This document shows, one piece after another, positions 49,496 through 51,777 of a stretch of 51,777 nucleotides of DNA. A model generated the notes under the pieces. The model was not told where the DNA came from. It saw only the letters and a program-made list of their open reading frames with translations, and made no database searches. Source of the stretch: Catajapyx aquilonaris (Eukaryota). The stretch lies in assembly GCA_000934665.2 (NCBI GenBank), contig KZ540085.1, positions 1 through 51,777 on the forward strand, written 5' to 3'. The number at the start of each line of letters is the position of its first letter. The stretch's first letter is position 1. The translations under genes were made by a program, and so were the position numbers.

Positions 49496-49998
49496 CTGAT
49501 GTAGTCCGTTTTGCAGAGGATCATGCCCTCCTTGGTGAAGCATGAGGTGCCCATGTCTGCCAACAGCGAGTTGCAATAGGAGCACTTGAGGCATGCGTTG
49601 TGCCAAAAGCGGTCCAGGGCCTGGAGCAAGAACCGCTCCAGGATCTTCCCCCCACATCCCGCGCACATTTTGATCCCGTTCGAGGGCATCATGTTGGAGC
49701 CGGTCACTCCACCTGGTCCACTACCACCACCACCACCGGGGCCGCCCCCGGGTCCACCCCCAGGACCGCCCCCGGGCCCGCCCATGGAAGGTCCGTGTCC
49801 GTGGAAGGGGCTGCCACTGCCCATTTCTCCGTTGACCACGTTGCCCCTGGCCGAGTGGGGGTCCATCGGGGGGCCGCCCCCGTTGTTGATGTGCCCGTTG
49901 TTCAGCACTCCCCCCGGCCCCCTGTGGTAGCTGCTGTTGTCCACCGGGGAGTGAGGGGAGTTGAGCTGCTGGTGGTAAGGGTGGAAGTGCGGGTTCAT
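49496..49998 (-). CDS. LMO4: LIM-domain-only protein 4 (LMO4-like), first identifiable coding exon: 111-aa His/Gly/Pro-rich N-terminus plus LIM1
   Basis: Translation contains CAGCGGKILERFLLQALDRFWHNACLKCSYCNSLLADMGTSCFTKEGMILCKTDYIR, a complete LIM zinc-ligand pattern (C-x2-C-x17-H-x2-C-x2-C-x2-C-x19-C-x2-D) closely resembling LMO4 LIM1. ATG at 49998 is in a GCCGGCCATG context. Upstream is a long polypyrimidine tract and acceptor (TTCTTGGCAG|, exon start 50035), open in frame to the ATG, so an upstream exon could extend the N-terminus. The exon ends at donor ATCAG|GTGAG (49496/49495), phase 2. Confidence 0.95.
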
Positions 49999-51558
49999 GG
50001 CCGGCACCACCTGGAACTCCTCGGAGCTCGCCCTTCTGCCAAGAAAAAGAAAAAAAAAGAAGAAGAGAATGATAATCAAGAGAGAAAAAACGGGTCCACA
50101 TTACTCATCCTGTAACATACTAAGTACGAGTTTGGGCATGTGCGCGGGCCTGGATAATTTGAGGGTGACTCCGCGGATACCTTCGCGTCCGGCTGGAAAT
50201 TCTTGACCACTGACTCAGGTGAACCCTGGTCAGACGATAAATAACACTGAACCGGATCGGGTGGGGTAGGTCAACAGGGATTCGGCCATGTTTGGCGCGA
50301 ACATTGCCCCAAGATGGCCGCCGGCATGGTGATAAAAAACCGGCGCATGCGAGTACACGCTAGTACGTGACTCACGCATGCGCATACACACCAGTACATC
50401 CCGATGTGCTGTGGTATGCCGACAGGGTGCTTCAGAAATCAAAGGGAGTCCTTCAACAATGCACCTGTGTCCCGCCCAAGAGCAGGTGCTGCCACCCTCA
50501 TTCTAACGGCCAGTATGGCCAGCAAAGCATGCAGTTAGTCAAGCAAGGCCTTAAAACCCGGGGTCCAACCAGACCCAGAAACCAACCTCGCAAGCGGCAG
50601 CAGCGCGGGAGACAAATCGTCGCAAATTTGGCTCCTCCAAGTGGGCCACATCCTCTGGCTGGATGGTATGAACCAGCTGGAGACGCCATTACTCAGCGCA
50701 CCGCAACACAAGCCATGGAGGAGAGAAGACTCCCAACTCACTCTTTGGGCCAGCAAGAGCCTTCTTTTGGGGTCCCCCCTTCTTCGTCTTCTTTTTAACC
50801 CCCCCACCCTCCAATCCCTCTCCTTGCCCACCACCCACCCACTTCTTCTTGGTTCCAAAGCAAGAGAGCTACGTCTTCATTCACCCCGTCCCCCTCTTGG
50901 TTCCCCTCGTAAACAAGCCGCCCTGTAATATTTCAGAGCTCCAACCGGTTTGGAGCCCAATAGGCCGGCTTTTGTACAGATGGACGCGACCTTCACGCTG
51001 TACCTGAGACTCCACAAGAAGAAGAAGAAGAGAAAAACGAAGCTAAAGAAAGAAATATCCCTTGGCTACACGGGCCTTTCCAAATATCTCTGATGTCACA
51101 GGTTGGGTCACTCACCCGACTCGATAGTCTTTTTTTCTTGAAAGACCCTAGTGGTGGGTACATTTTTAGGGTATATTTTGCTTATCGGCCAGTCATGATT
51201 AGGTTTTGGGAATGTCCACGCCAGATGGCAGAGGAGGTAATGGCCATGTCTTACAAGGAAAGGAACGAGGAGACAAACAAAGGGGGCTGCCTGGTTCAGC
51301 TAAATTAACCGCGGATATTGTCACTTACTGCATAATTACCAAATTAGGGTGTGGTTTGTTTACACAACCATTTATAAGAATGGGTGCAGTGCTCTGAACA
51401 GTTCAACAGGAAGGCAGCGAAAGATATTATTGGTTGTTTATCCCCAGAAATCAGAAGCTATTTTGTATAAGATATTGTAATGGGCTATCAAAAAATTCGA
51501 TTATGTCGGGTCGTAGAATTGGCTTGGGAGTGTGCCTCTGTTGTCCGCAGTTCGTCAT

Positions 51559-51617
51559 CAGAAATGTGCAGAGATGGAATATGCGCCATCTATGGGAGAT
51601 ATGCGGTGCTATGGTAA
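51559..51617 (-). repeat. Interspersed repeat family X, copy E
   Basis: Minus-strand TAGCACCGCATATCTCCCATAGATGGCGCATATTCCATCTCTGCACATTTCTG matches copies A and B. Confidence 0.6.
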
Positions 51618-51777
51618 AAATGGGCATTAGTGCAGGAATATTTTTTAAGCGCAATATTACCACAATAACACATTTCCCACTGAATCCATCCATGTGTTGC
51701 TAGATCAGAAAGATACCGCAGCACATGTGCATATCACAGCGTTAATTTAGTCCCCCCAATTTTTTATTCTTTTTTTT

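Noticed and set aside
50036..50079. Hydrophobic MIIILFFFFFLFLG start of the 195-aa ORF, resembling a signal peptide
   Set aside because: It is the translated polypyrimidine tract of the intron acceptor, starting at a TTG. It is not part of the protein.
49586..50115. Plus-strand ORFs (114 and 171 aa) with poly-Pro or collagen-like PPG repeats
   Set aside because: Antisense mirror of the LMO4 Gly-rich exon.

Overview
Eukaryotic, intron-containing genomic DNA, most likely from an arthropod (inferred from the gene's C-terminus and the repeat types). No prokaryotic features, CRISPR arrays or intact RNA genes are seen. One protein-coding gene is supportable: a LIM-domain-only gene of the LMO4 class on the minus strand. 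It has two coding exons (49998-49496 and 44037-43713; 275 aa from the first good ATG) separated by a 5.46-kb phase-2 GT-AG intron. The ~43 kb downstream of it has no recognisable coding sequence. It carries non-autonomous DNA transposons (pogo/mariner-type and foldback MITEs, and a short Helitron with a mariner-like MITE nested inside), microsatellites, and a six-copy interspersed repeat with a CTCF-like TAGATGGCGC core. The most interesting signal is at the LMO4 3' end. The stop is a leaky-context UGA-C, followed in frame by 77 sense codons with coding-like base periodicity. A consensus splice donor lies 43 nt after the second stop and 277 nt after the first. This suggests stop-codon readthrough, possibly coupled to a 3'-UTR intron and NMD. 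That is an inference needing comparative and ribosome-profiling tests. Several N positions mark assembly joins, so long-range distances are approximate.
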